From a virus, in the IMG/VR virus record IMGVR_UViG_3300045988_073134: 64,000 bases of DNA, one strand, 5' to 3'. The notes beneath the pieces were generated by a model. It ran no database searches. It had not been told where the DNA came from and was given only the letters and a program-made list of their open reading frames with translations. The stretch's first letter is position 1. Each line of letters opens with the position of its first letter. Below are positions 37,099 through 46,235 of the stretch, in pieces. A program made the translations under genes and the position numbers.

Positions 37099-37762
37099 AC
37101 CCTTTCATCTCTGGACAATAACCTAACTTCTTACATTGTGGTACTAATAACTCTTTGTATCTCGGCTCAACTGCCACTACTTCTTTTACCATTTCTTGTA
37201 CTAAATAATGTATTGGTAATTCAGCTCTATTACATAATCTTACATTAGCTAAATGTATAAGACCTTCAATGTTTACTGCAAAACTACAAGCACTTGCTAT
37301 TCCTATTGGTACAAAAGTTCTTGCTATCTCGTTTGCACGTTCTTTATCAACTCCTGCCTGCTTCATCTTTTCAATTGTTAATTGATAACAAGTGGCTGCA
37401 TATTCTTCAGTTAAAAAATGGTCTCTAACTAGTAGAGGGTTTTTTCTTATCTCAGGAGCTGCGTATACATCCATTCTATCTTTTGTAACATATCTTAAAG
37501 ATTGAACATTTTTAACTACTCCTACCTCATGTCTTACTAGTTGGTCAATTGTAAAACGTGGAACTCTTTGTAAGTCAAATACAAAATATAGATGTCTGCT
37601 ACCGCTTAAATGTCCACTCTTAAGACAATGTAGTCCTACTTTTTCCGCCTGCTCTTTTGGTGTGTCATAACATACACAAGCAAATTCTCCATGTTTCTTG
37701 ATAAATTGTGTTACCTCATCTTTATTAACTAAAGTTACTTGAAAATTATTTTCTCCAAACAT
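37070..37762 (-). CDS. thyX: Flavin-dependent thymidylate synthase
   Basis: The ThyX signature RHEVGVVKNVQSLRYV (RH..x..S.RY) is present in a 230-aa protein. Confidence 0.8.
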   Translation of the reverse strand: MFGENNFQVTLVNKDEVTQFIKKHGEFACVCYDTPKEQAEKVGLHCLKSGHLSGSRHLYFVFDLQRVPRFTIDQLVRHEVGVVKNVQSLRYVTKDRMDVYAAPEIRKNPLLVRDHFLTEEYAATCYQLTIEKMKQAGVDKERANEIARTFVPIGIASACSFAVNIEGLIHLANVRLCNRAELPIHYLVQEMVKEVVAVEPRYKELLVPQCKKLGYCPEMKGCGMYEPKKK

Positions 37763-38019
37763 TATCTCATTACCTCCTCGTATTCTTCTTTTGTTATATT
37801 AACAACTTCACCACATCTAACACATTTTACAAAATAGTGAGTTGGAACTAATAACATTAATATTGCTAATATAAAACATATTGGGGCAGCAATCCAACCA
37901 AGTATTGGTATCCACATCATACATCCACCAGTTAATAAAAATATTAAACTGTAGCTACCTCTACCCATTTTACAATATTGTACATCACCATTACATTTTT
38001 TACATTTACGTCTAGTCAT
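37762..38019 (-). CDS. Zinc-ribbon membrane protein
   Basis: CKKCNG...CVRCGE flank two TM helices. Confidence 0.45.
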   Translation of the reverse strand: MTRRKCKKCNGDVQYCKMGRGSYSLIFLLTGGCMMWIPILGWIAAPICFILAILMLLVPTHYFVKCVRCGEVVNITKEEYEEVMR

Positions 38020-38268
38020 TTATTTTCCCTCCTTTAAACTCTTTTTAATATCCTTTTCCAGTTTATTTAAGGTATCTAATACGGTTTTTAAATCTTTTAA
38101 TTCAGTTTGCAATATACCTAATTTTAAACAATCAACTAACGCTTTCTCTAATGTCGGATAATATCTCTCTTTTGTTGTGTATGTTCCAACTTTACTCTTA
38201 TAAGTTTGAATTAATACATAATTTTTATCCTTATCAGTAGTAATTTCAAATTCTTTGTTTATTTTCAT
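38020..38268 (-). CDS. Hypothetical protein
   Basis: ATG 38268 (MKINKEF...) has RBS AAGGAG at 38278-38283. The track start at 38277 lies in the spacer. Confidence 0.5.
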   Translation of the reverse strand: MKINKEFEITTDKDKNYVLIQTYKSKVGTYTTKERYYPTLEKALVDCLKLGILQTELKDLKTVLDTLNKLEKDIKKSLKEGK

Positions 38269-38281
38269 TACTATCATCTCC

Positions 38282-38318
38282 TTGTATATAGTATAGAAAA
38301 ATTTAACATTTTACTAAC
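38282..38318 (-). promoter_or_regulatory. 37-bp promoter motif copy P4
   Basis: The + strand reads ttgtatatagtatagaaaaatttaacattttactaac. It contains the stop codon of the holA-like gene. Confidence 0.5.
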
Positions 38319-39213
38319 AACAACTTAAAATTTCTACAATTAAACTATAACAAGCCATTACACCGTCATATTTACCAGTTTTAATCCCTTTATCATATTT
38401 CTGTACCAATCGTAGTGCAGTAAGTAATTTAGAAGGTTCTATACGGTTATCACGTAGTATATTATTACATATCCAACTATTAATACCAGTTACTTTGCTT
38501 ATATTCTTCTCGCCTCTGTATCCTTCTACTAATACACATTTATGAAGTTGAGAATATATAGCATATATAATACCCATTACATTATTTTTATCTTCTAGTA
38601 ATTGGTCTAATAACTTGAATGTTAGTTGCTCATCTTTTCTCATTACTGCATCGGCTAACTGGAATACAGTTACATCTTCTTTTGTTGGAATATACTCATC
38701 TACTATCTTTTTATTCAACTCTTTTATTCCTGCTCTCTTGAATATATCAAGATAATTATTTATTGTATTCAGGTCATTATTACAGGCTTCAATAAAATAT
38801 TGTTTATTACTCACACTACAGTTCATATTGACTACATTCAATAATTGTTTTGTAGTCATGTGATTGAATTCAACTACACAATCATTTAATTCTTTTATGA
38901 ACTTCTTACATTTATTTGGTGTTGTAACTTGTATTACTAATACTGCATTTCTAATTCTATCACTTATACTGCTCCACGTTTTCTCACTCTTTATAAAATC
39001 CATATCATCTCTAACTACATATACTGCAAATTTACCACTTATTAATTTACTAGTTATTTTGTTATAGATGTCTGCCACTCTGTCTACTCTTATTACATTG
39101 CCCATCTGTTTTAAGTAGATATTCTGTAATTCTATTTCTTCTCCAGTAAAAACATAAAAGGGAAGTAAACTACCTTCCCTTATTTGTGTTTGTAAGTCTA
39201 ATAAACCTAACAT
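38314..39213 (-). CDS. holA: DNA polymerase III delta-like clamp-loader subunit
   Basis: About 300 aa. MLGLLDLQTQIREGSLLPFYVFTGEE resembles a HolA N-terminus. ATG 39213 has RBS GGAGGA at 39222-39227. The track start at 39249 has no RBS. Confidence 0.55.
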   Translation of the reverse strand: MLGLLDLQTQIREGSLLPFYVFTGEEIELQNIYLKQMGNVIRVDRVADIYNKITSKLISGKFAVYVVRDDMDFIKSEKTWSSISDRIRNAVLVIQVTTPNKCKKFIKELNDCVVEFNHMTTKQLLNVVNMNCSVSNKQYFIEACNNDLNTINNYLDIFKRAGIKELNKKIVDEYIPTKEDVTVFQLADAVMRKDEQLTFKLLDQLLEDKNNVMGIIYAIYSQLHKCVLVEGYRGEKNISKVTGINSWICNNILRDNRIEPSKLLTALRLVQKYDKGIKTGKYDGVMACYSLIVEILSCC

Positions 39214-39371
39214 AATTTTATTCCTCCTACTATTTGTACTAAGTACCATATTGCTATTGAAATTGCTATTGCGCTCATCCCGTCAATGTCTCTATCTCCT
39301 ATTGTTTGTGTTATCCAATCAATTACTATACTCATCGCAACTATTAAACACATAAAATTAAATATTATCAT
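39207..39371 (-). CDS. 54-aa membrane peptide, below the ORF-track cut-off
   Basis: MIIFNFMCLIVAMSIVIDWITQTIGDRDIDGMSAIAISIAIWYLVQIVGGIKLC. RBS GGGAGGA upstream. Confidence 0.4.
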   Translation of the reverse strand: MIIFNFMCLIVAMSIVIDWITQTIGDRDIDGMSAIAISIAIWYLVQIVGGIKLC

Positions 39372-39372
39372 A

Positions 39373-39696
39373 CTATTTTCCTCCCTTTTGTTTTTTTCTC
39401 TTTACTCCATGTTTCTTCATGTCTTGTTTTTCCCTTTGGTTGTGTTCTTGTTTCATATATAGTATATTATTTAATGTTATTTTGCTAAATTCATCTACAA
39501 ATAATTTTTTATTTTTCTTACTTATCTTGATGCCATTCTCATCTTCATTGATAGCACATACAGTTTCAAAATGTCTCGTAGCAAACCCACGGACATATTT
39601 CTCCTCGCTATACCAGGCAAAACAATCTTTATAAGCCTCTGCAAATTGTTTGGCAAACTTTTTAATTGCTCTTGCATCATTTTGTAGTGGTAACAT
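39373..39696 (-). CDS. Hypothetical protein with a basic C-terminus
   Basis: 107 aa ending in KKHGVKRKKQKGGK. Confidence 0.45.
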   Translation of the reverse strand: MLPLQNDARAIKKFAKQFAEAYKDCFAWYSEEKYVRGFATRHFETVCAINEDENGIKISKKNKKLFVDEFSKITLNNILYMKQEHNQREKQDMKKHGVKRKKQKGGK

Positions 39697-39697
39697 A

Positions 39698-40501
39698 TTA
39701 TTTCCCCCTTAAAGTTCTAATATTTAATACCCAAATATCGAATATCAATGGTTTATTGGCTCCTCTTATTCTTAAGTCCCATAGAGCTGAGCTAGTATAC
39801 TCTATCATCTTATAATCTACATAGCTGTTATGTTTCTGCTCATCTATTACTACTTGTTTAAACAATTCTAAAAATAATTCCACTGGATAACCATCATTCT
39901 CTTTAAATCCTATTGGATTACATATCTTAAAAGCATTGCCAGTGCTGACCTTCAATATATTGTTGTATACCTTTAACGCGTATTGATACATATTAATAAA
40001 ATCTTTATCAACATATTCCAATATCTGTCCAGGTGTTGTGGCTACTCTACATAATATATCTCTAGGTACTTCTCCTAAGTCGTATAAATCAAAGATGTCA
40101 TTTAACTCATGTACACTGTAATTATCCATTATTAATAGTTTTGCTCTACTACGTATTGTAGCTAATAAGTTATCAATGTTTCTTACTCCAATCATTATAT
40201 ATCCCTTACTAGGTGGTTCTTCTGCTAATTTAAGAAGTGCATTCTGTGCTGGTATAGATAACTCATCTCCCTTTATATAAAATAATGTCGGTGTTGATAT
40301 AGCAGTACAGTCTTCTATTAACTGTCTAATACCTTCTATATTATTCTCTACTGATACATAATTGTAGTGGTTATTATTAGCTATTTGTTTACTCATCAAA
40401 TACTTTCCAGCTCCTCTATCACCCCACAATATAAAAAAGTGGGGGATAGGTTGACCATTCAACTTAGCTTGTAATTTACTTTGTCCTATTATTTTAGACA
40501 T
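39698..40501 (-). CDS. holB: DNA polymerase III delta-prime-like clamp-loader subunit (AAA+)
   Basis: Degenerate P-loop WGDRGAGKY, NALLKLAEEPP, and SRC-like TIRSRA. Confidence 0.6.
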   Translation of the reverse strand: MSKIIGQSKLQAKLNGQPIPHFFILWGDRGAGKYLMSKQIANNNHYNYVSVENNIEGIRQLIEDCTAISTPTLFYIKGDELSIPAQNALLKLAEEPPSKGYIMIGVRNIDNLLATIRSRAKLLIMDNYSVHELNDIFDLYDLGEVPRDILCRVATTPGQILEYVDKDFINMYQYALKVYNNILKVSTGNAFKICNPIGFKENDGYPVELFLELFKQVVIDEQKHNSYVDYKMIEYTSSALWDLRIRGANKPLIFDIWVLNIRTLRGK

Positions 40502-41502
40502 AAAATAATCAACTCGCTTTCAATCAAATTTTTAGGATTCTGCTCATATTTTATCTTGTCTAATAAGTTATTTACTCCGTCTAATATATCTACTAAGTCA
40601 TATTTTGAAGTATTAGTTGCTATGTGGATACACTGTCTCATTATGTCAGTTGGTATCATTGTTAGTTCTTTATTTCTTGTTATGTTCAGCTTACATAGGT
40701 CTAGTACAAACTTATTTAAATCTTTTACAAATAGTTTTAAGTCCTTGCCGTCTCTGTATATACTGTCTATTATTTGTATTGGCTCATCTGCTTGTTTATT
40801 TATAATACCTTGTACTATCTTTAATAGATGTTCATAGTTAGTAATACCTAGACAATCTAATACAGCTTGTAATGTAATATCAGTTGTGTAACCAAGTACT
40901 GTATCTAGTTTCATTATGGCATCTCTCATTCCACCGTCGGCCAACTTAGCTATATACTCCAATGCCTCTATGTCATAAGTTATTTTTCCCTCTTGTTGTA
41001 ATATATATTTCAATCTTTGTACTATCTCAAACTGAGGAATACGTTTAAAGTCAAATCTTTGTAGTCTGCTCAATATAGTTGCAGGTATTTTATGAGGGTC
41101 AGTAGTACATAGTATGAATATAACTCCTTTTGGTGGTTCTTCTAATACCTTTAATAGTGCATTAAATGCACCAATGCTTAACATGTGCACCTCGTCTATT
41201 ATATATACCTTGTATTTACTATCCAGGCTCTTCATTCTACAGTCGTCAATTATACTACGTATATTATCAACCCCGTTGTTACTGGCACCGTCTATTTCAA
41301 TTGGTTTTCCTTTACCACCATTTACATCACTTGCAAATATTCTTGCACTCGTAGTTTTCCCAGTACCACTTGAGCCACAAAATAGATAAGCCTGTTTTAT
41401 CTCACCAGTTTGTAATTGATTACTTAATACCTTTTTCACATTATCTTGACACACTACATCCTCAAAATGTTGTGGTCTATATTTAACAGCTAAATTCATC
41501 AT
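40489..41502 (-). CDS. dnaX: DNA polymerase III gamma/tau-like clamp-loader ATPase
   Basis: KYRPQHFEDVVCQ, Walker A GSSGTGKTT, IIDEVHML, NALLKVLEEPP and ILSRLQRF. ATG 41502 has RBS GGGAGGA at 41511-41517. Confidence 0.8.
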   Translation of the reverse strand: MMNLAVKYRPQHFEDVVCQDNVKKVLSNQLQTGEIKQAYLFCGSSGTGKTTSARIFASDVNGGKGKPIEIDGASNNGVDNIRSIIDDCRMKSLDSKYKVYIIDEVHMLSIGAFNALLKVLEEPPKGVIFILCTTDPHKIPATILSRLQRFDFKRIPQFEIVQRLKYILQQEGKITYDIEALEYIAKLADGGMRDAIMKLDTVLGYTTDITLQAVLDCLGITNYEHLLKIVQGIINKQADEPIQIIDSIYRDGKDLKLFVKDLNKFVLDLCKLNITRNKELTMIPTDIMRQCIHIATNTSKYDLVDILDGVNNLLDKIKYEQNPKNLIESELIILCLK

Positions 41503-42001
41503 ATAATATATCCTCCCTTTGTATATGTTTATAAGTTTCATAATAATAACAACTTATTATAGTACTTTCCTTTATTTCTGGAAATAAATTACATACTTCA
41601 AATCTACTTAATCCAGCTAACCTAAGGCGTCTAATTAAAATAACCTGGTCATCTGTTAATTTACAATTACCACTTTTACCTCGTTGATACCCATGTTTAT
41701 ATGAATGCTGTGTATTATGGGCTATTGTACACCATTCCAAATTACTTACAGTATTATCCAATTTATTACCATTTATATGATTAACACAAGGATAATTATT
41801 GGCATTGGGTAAAAACGCTTCGGCTACTAATCTATGTACTCTTTTATAATAACGTTTATAGTTAACACATAAACATATTTCCTCATAACCACTAGACCCT
41901 ATAACAGTACTCATTATTTTATTATACTTATTTTTTATACGTCCTTTATTACTTACATAATAAATCCGTCCTTGTATATTAAAAGGTCTCCACTCCTCCA
42001 T
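41483..42001 (-). CDS. HNH_3/NUMOD4-type homing endonuclease
   Basis: WRPF...YYVSNKGRIKN (NUMOD4-like) and VNHINGNKLDNTVSNLEWCT (HNH_3-like). It overlaps both neighbours. Confidence 0.7.
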   Translation of the reverse strand: MEEWRPFNIQGRIYYVSNKGRIKNKYNKIMSTVIGSSGYEEICLCVNYKRYYKRVHRLVAEAFLPNANNYPCVNHINGNKLDNTVSNLEWCTIAHNTQHSYKHGYQRGKSGNCKLTDDQVILIRRLRLAGLSRFEVCNLFPEIKESTIISCYYYETYKHIQREDILYDEFSC

Positions 42002-42333
42002 TATAACTCCTCCTTTAATTTCTCAATATAATCTTTTAAATCTTGTAAAGGTATTACTGCATATTCTTCCCCTACTTTTCCAAAGTCAAAGACTAATGCA
42101 GTATAAGGTCTATGCATTGCTAATGATTGTTGTTGTAGTTTTGTCAGCCACTCCCTTTTTATTGTGAACTGTGTTGTAGGTTGCATTTTTGTCTTACATT
42201 CTACTAAATAGAAGTTATCAACTAGCACATCACCTTTTTTAGTGTGGCCAGCTCCACTATTTGGTGTCACTTCTCCTTCTAAGTAATTTGCTACATATTG
42301 CTCCTGTTCATCACTTTTACTTCTCGTACTCAT
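42001..42333 (-). CDS. PD-(D/E)XK nuclease, Hjc/resolvase-like
   Basis: E...GDVLVDNFYLVECKTK gives the E-D-ExK arrangement. ATG 42333 has RBS AGGAGG at 42342-42347. The track start at 42342 is a GTG inside the RBS. Confidence 0.5.
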   Translation of the reverse strand: MSTRSKSDEQEQYVANYLEGEVTPNSGAGHTKKGDVLVDNFYLVECKTKMQPTTQFTIKREWLTKLQQQSLAMHRPYTALVFDFGKVGEEYAVIPLQDLKDYIEKLKEEL

Positions 42334-42345
42334 TAAAAACACCTC

Positions 42346-42382
42346 CTATATATAGTATAGGAGGTATCTCTTATTCGCTAAC
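42346..42382 (-). promoter_or_regulatory. 37-bp promoter motif copy P5 (variant -35-like block GTTAGCGAA)
   Basis: The + strand reads ctatatatagtataggaggtatctcttattcgctaac. It overlaps the 9-5-9 palindrome cctcctata-tatag-tataggagg at 42342-42364. Confidence 0.45.
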
Positions 42383-42997
42383 TTGGTCTTTAACTTTTTT
42401 AAAAAAATCTTTTACTACTCTTGATACATAAGCAGGTGATACACTGTACTGATATGCTATGTATGTACCTTTTATGCCACACAGATAATCTGCTATTATA
42501 GCACGTTGTTTGTCATTCTTCACGTTCTTTAATTCTTCTCTAATAATTTCTTTTAACTCACGTACTAATGCACTAAGCTCTACATCTTCTTTACTTTCCA
42601 AATAATTCTCTAATGATGTGTATCTAATATGACCATGATGTTTGAGTTGTATATATCCATCTATGGATAATATCTTATATATATTTTGTTCACCATCTGT
42701 AGTATATCTATTATGTTTGTCTATTCTATTTCTGTACTGTCTTAATTCTCTTTTTATTGAGGGATATGCAAAAGTTGTGAATAGTGTACCATATGAAGGG
42801 TCATAATGGTCTACACACTTCATTATACACTGCCATGCGACCTGGTACAGCTCATCTCTATCATTGTATAATTTATATGGTTTTAATAGGGAATATACCA
42901 TATTGTCTATGTACTGTGGTAATTCGTTTATCGCCTCTTTATCTCCGTTTTTATATCTCATAACAATTTCCTGGCACTTATTTCCATTATTACTCAT
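42371..42997 (-). CDS. Sigma-70-family factor (regions 2 and 4)
   Basis: DELYQVAWQCIMKCVDHYDPSYGTLFTTFAYPSIKRELRQY is region 2-like. The C-terminal IAYQYSVSPAYVSRVVKDFFKKV is a region 4-like HTH. Confidence 0.65.
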   Translation of the reverse strand: MSNNGNKCQEIVMRYKNGDKEAINELPQYIDNMVYSLLKPYKLYNDRDELYQVAWQCIMKCVDHYDPSYGTLFTTFAYPSIKRELRQYRNRIDKHNRYTTDGEQNIYKILSIDGYIQLKHHGHIRYTSLENYLESKEDVELSALVRELKEIIREELKNVKNDKQRAIIADYLCGIKGTYIAYQYSVSPAYVSRVVKDFFKKVKDQVSE

Positions 42998-44156
42998 CTA
43001 ACATCACCTCATTTAGTCTAGTTAATAACTCATGTACCACGTCTTCATGTTCATGTAGATAATTAATAAATCTAGTCATACCTTGGAAGTTCAGTTCATT
43101 CCCTTCTTTATCTAATACTATATTACCTTGCTCATCTATTACTCTATACCAAGAACCTGCTTGTTGTACTATTTTATAAAACATACAAACATTAATCATA
43201 TCGTATAGTGTATCTACACCCTCTAAGTATTTTAATGTGTAATATCCTAATCTTCTATTTGGTTTGCATACTTTAGTTTTTATTATCTCCATGCCAACTC
43301 TGTTGCCGGCAGGATTTTCAGCTTTACTACTCAACTCTTTATTATTCTCATCTAATAATGTATCTTTTCTAAATCTTATTCTTAAACTACAAGCATGTTT
43401 CCATCCTTTTCCTCCAGGTGTGCTTATAGTACTGAACATACTACCTAAGTCTTCACGTATTTGATTAATTCCTATGAACGCACATTGATTTACTGTTAAA
43501 TGAGGTAAAATTTTACTACAAAATACAGTTAGTGGTTGAGATACACCACCATACGCTTTCTTTTCCATACTCTCATCAAATATTTGTTGAGGAACTAGAC
43601 ATGGTATACTGTCTAATACACATAAACCTACATTGCCAGTTGATATTAATTCAATTATTATTTGTAGTACCTGTTCAGCAGTCTGTTCTTGTGGTCTTAC
43701 TAATATCATCTTCTCTGTATCTACTCCAAGTAACTTAGCCCATTCAGTATCCAATGTTTGTTCTGTATCTATGTATAATACTAATTTTTCTCCTTTTTCT
43801 TGTACTTTATCTAATTCTGCACTCAACTTATTAAGTTCCTTTTGAGATTGTTTTGTATTAGTTTGTTGTAATAGTTCTATCTGTTGTATCAATTCACCAA
43901 CTTTTTTACTATACACCTCAGCAAATTTCTTTTGTGCATTACCACAAATATCAAGAGCAGATGTTGTTTTTCCTCCACCTTCACCTCCAAAGAACTCAGT
44001 TATTTTTCCAATTGGTATTCCTCCATATGTCATATAGTTTGCCATAGGTGAACTAAAAGGTATTTTATCTACCTCTATTATGTCAGTACCTCGTTGTATT
44101 ATATCTGCACCAAATTTTTTATTTAATGCAGCCATTTTTAAATCTATTTCTCTCAT
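42990..44156 (-). CDS. RecA-family recombinase
   Basis: 388 aa with Walker A FFGGEGGGKTT and Walker B-like LCVLDSI. Confidence 0.65.
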   Translation of the reverse strand: MREIDLKMAALNKKFGADIIQRGTDIIEVDKIPFSSPMANYMTYGGIPIGKITEFFGGEGGGKTTSALDICGNAQKKFAEVYSKKVGELIQQIELLQQTNTKQSQKELNKLSAELDKVQEKGEKLVLYIDTEQTLDTEWAKLLGVDTEKMILVRPQEQTAEQVLQIIIELISTGNVGLCVLDSIPCLVPQQIFDESMEKKAYGGVSQPLTVFCSKILPHLTVNQCAFIGINQIREDLGSMFSTISTPGGKGWKHACSLRIRFRKDTLLDENNKELSSKAENPAGNRVGMEIIKTKVCKPNRRLGYYTLKYLEGVDTLYDMINVCMFYKIVQQAGSWYRVIDEQGNIVLDKEGNELNFQGMTRFINYLHEHEDVVHELLTRLNEVMLDE

Positions 44157-44157
44157 A

Positions 44158-44634
44158 TTAATACATCTCCTTATTAGTTTCTTGGTATTCTTTGTATAGT
44201 TCTCTTACTTTGTCTCTAGATTTAGGGTCATGCTCCACGGGAACCACTTCTCTATTCTTACAATCTCCTTTTATAAAATCATATATAAAATCATCTCTAA
44301 AACCTATTTCTTCAGCATCTTTTACATCACCAGCATATATCACTTTATCCAAGTTAGCCCATATTATTGCAGCCATACACATTGGACAAGGATACCCAGT
44401 TGCATATAGAGTATATCCTGTCAAATCAAAAGTATTTAGTATCTTACACGCAGTTCTTATAGCACATATCTCAGCATGAGCAGTTGGGTCATTATTACCT
44501 AATACATGATTACTATCTACACAAATTATTTCTCCAGTTTTACTATTTACTATAGCAGCTCCAAAGGGACCTCCTATTCCTTTACTCATAGTCATTTTAG
44601 CTTGTTTAATTCCTAAATCCATTGGTTTACTCAT
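44158..44634 (-). CDS. CDA-fold zinc deaminase, closest by eye to guanine deaminase (GuaD type) rather than dCMP deaminase
   Basis: GGPFGAAIV, NDPTAHAEICAIR, YPCPMCMAAIIWA, KVIYA and AEEIGFRDDFIYDF all parallel B. subtilis GuaD as I recall it. ATG 44634 has RBS AAGGAGTG. The track start at 44643 is a GTG. Confidence 0.6.
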   Translation of the reverse strand: MSKPMDLGIKQAKMTMSKGIGGPFGAAIVNSKTGEIICVDSNHVLGNNDPTAHAEICAIRTACKILNTFDLTGYTLYATGYPCPMCMAAIIWANLDKVIYAGDVKDAEEIGFRDDFIYDFIKGDCKNREVVPVEHDPKSRDKVRELYKEYQETNKEMY

Positions 44635-44664
44635 ACTTATCACTCCTTACAGTTTATTTATCTT

Positions 44665-44701
44665 ACATATATAGTATAGAAAAAGTGGGTGATTTACTAA
44701 C
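44665..44701 (-). promoter_or_regulatory. 37-bp promoter motif copy P6
   Basis: The + strand reads acatatatagtatagaaaaagtgggtgatttactaac. Confidence 0.55.
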
Positions 44702-44708
44702 CACCCAC
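44681..44708 (-). terminator. Terminator hairpin embedded in P6 (loop holds the -35-like block)
   Basis: The minus strand reads GTGGGTG-GTTAGTAAAT-CACCCAC followed by TTTTTCTATACT. Confidence 0.55.
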
Positions 44709-44714
44709 TTTGTT

Positions 44715-45278
44715 TTATTTACCAGTAGTATATTTAAAAATATATCCACCTGTAGAGTTCCATACACCATTACATACATCCACAATATACTGTCGTTTAA
44801 TACCTGTTTGTTTGGAGGTTTCACCTGCATTAATAAACGTTTTAACGTATTGTCCTTGTTTGGTATACATCTCTACGGGTTTTAAATCGCGTTCCCAACG
44901 TTTTTTACTCATATTTGATAAATGTTCTTTACTACTATAATCTCTGTTCCCACATTCTAAGGCGTGTATATTATTATGTTGTACCGTACACCATTCTAAA
45001 TTTTCTACTCGATTATCATCTCTTATACTATTAATATGATTAACTACGGGCAGATTATTTGGGTTAGGTATAAAGGTCATTGCAACTAATCTATGCACTT
45101 GGTAGTAATAACATTTACCTTCCTTATATAAATTTACTTTTAAATAACCATCCTTACTATATGGCAAGTGCATCCAATGTTTTCGTTTAACACCATATAT
45201 TTTCCCATCTCTTGTTATTTTATATAGACCTTCAAAACCAGGTATATCATATAATTGATTATCGATTCGTAGTTCCAT
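44715..45278 (-). CDS. HNH_3/NUMOD4-type homing endonuclease
   Basis: IPGFEGLYKITRDGKIYG and VNHINSIRDDNRVENLEWCT. ATG 45278 has RBS AGAGG. It overlaps the 3' end of dut. Confidence 0.7.
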   Translation of the reverse strand: MELRIDNQLYDIPGFEGLYKITRDGKIYGVKRKHWMHLPYSKDGYLKVNLYKEGKCYYYQVHRLVAMTFIPNPNNLPVVNHINSIRDDNRVENLEWCTVQHNNIHALECGNRDYSSKEHLSNMSKKRWERDLKPVEMYTKQGQYVKTFINAGETSKQTGIKRQYIVDVCNGVWNSTGGYIFKYTTGK

Positions 45279-45717
45279 AACCGCCTCTATCTGGGTTGCC
45301 AAGCTCATCCACCTCCTCTATGTCTAAAGGAGTACTTTTTTTCACACTTATCTGAACTAATCTATCACCTTTTTTAAATGCTCCATATCTAGTACTATAA
45401 AACATTGCTAACCATTCATCATTATCTCCACAATACGTATCATCAACTAATCCCATGCTATTAGTAAGTAATAGACCAGTATTTTTAAAGGTGCTACTAC
45501 GTGGTAGTATATACCCCTCGTAGCCTTTTCCCATGTCCATTGCAAATCCTAAATTGACTACTATTATATCTCCAGGTGAGAACCTTATTATATTACCTGT
45601 AGGTTCCACACCATTCACACTTGCAGTACGTACATAACAGTCATACCAATTACCATTTTTACTTTGTGGAGCTTTACCTCCTTCAAATAATCTTACTTTT
45701 ACTTTTTTATTTGCCAT
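45259..45717 (-). CDS. dut: dUTPase (trimeric type)
   Basis: GYILPRSS, GLVDDTYCGDNDEW and C-terminal DRGGYGTT match dUTPase motifs. Confidence 0.75.
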   Translation of the reverse strand: MANKKVKVRLFEGGKAPQSKNGNWYDCYVRTASVNGVEPTGNIIRFSPGDIIVVNLGFAMDMGKGYEGYILPRSSTFKNTGLLLTNSMGLVDDTYCGDNDEWLAMFYSTRYGAFKKGDRLVQISVKKSTPLDIEEVDELGNPDRGGYGTTNR

Positions 45718-46235
45718 TAATAATCCCTCCCATTGGCCATCATATTATTTCTTGTTACATTAAATTCATTAAGTCTCAAGTTCATTAATTTCTTCAAGCT
45801 ACTGTGTAGCATATCTGCTATATCTAATTTCTTCTCACATTGTTTATACACTCTTATATATATGTCTTCAATAAATTGTTCTTCTTCCACCATTAGTTGA
45901 GCATCACTTGTTTTAGCTGCCACTGTACTCTCATCACTGTGCATATAAGCAGTGTTAAAACGTGTTTTCTTTTGAGTCTTAGCTGCATCAACTCTAACTC
46001 CTAGTACCTGCATTTTATCTATTAGTTCATACATCAACACTGGTAATAGTGCTATATATTTCTCTAAGTCATCATTACTTAGTGTAGAGGTATTTTGTAG
46101 TAGTTCTTTAACTTCATATATGCAATCATCCAATGTACTTGTATATTTTTCACTAATAGTTAATGCAGTATTAACTACATCACCACATTGTTTATTGAAC
46201 TCTTTTATAATATCTAATTTACTCATTATCAGCAC
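45717..46235 (-). CDS. Hypothetical protein
   Basis: 172-aa helical protein with ATGA-type coupling to dut. Confidence 0.45.
   Translation of the reverse strand: MLIMSKLDIIKEFNKQCGDVVNTALTISEKYTSTLDDCIYEVKELLQNTSTLSNDDLEKYIALLPVLMYELIDKMQVLGVRVDAAKTQKKTRFNTAYMHSDESTVAAKTSDAQLMVEEEQFIEDIYIRVYKQCEKKLDIADMLHSSLKKLMNLRLNEFNVTRNNMMANGRDY

Noticed and set aside
44158-44643. Plain dCMP deaminase annotation, and the track's GTG start at 44643
   Set aside because: The motif set, especially the C-terminal GFRDDFIYDF, fits the guanine deaminase subfamily better from memory. This is kept as an open question in the findings. ATG 44634 has the properly spaced RBS.
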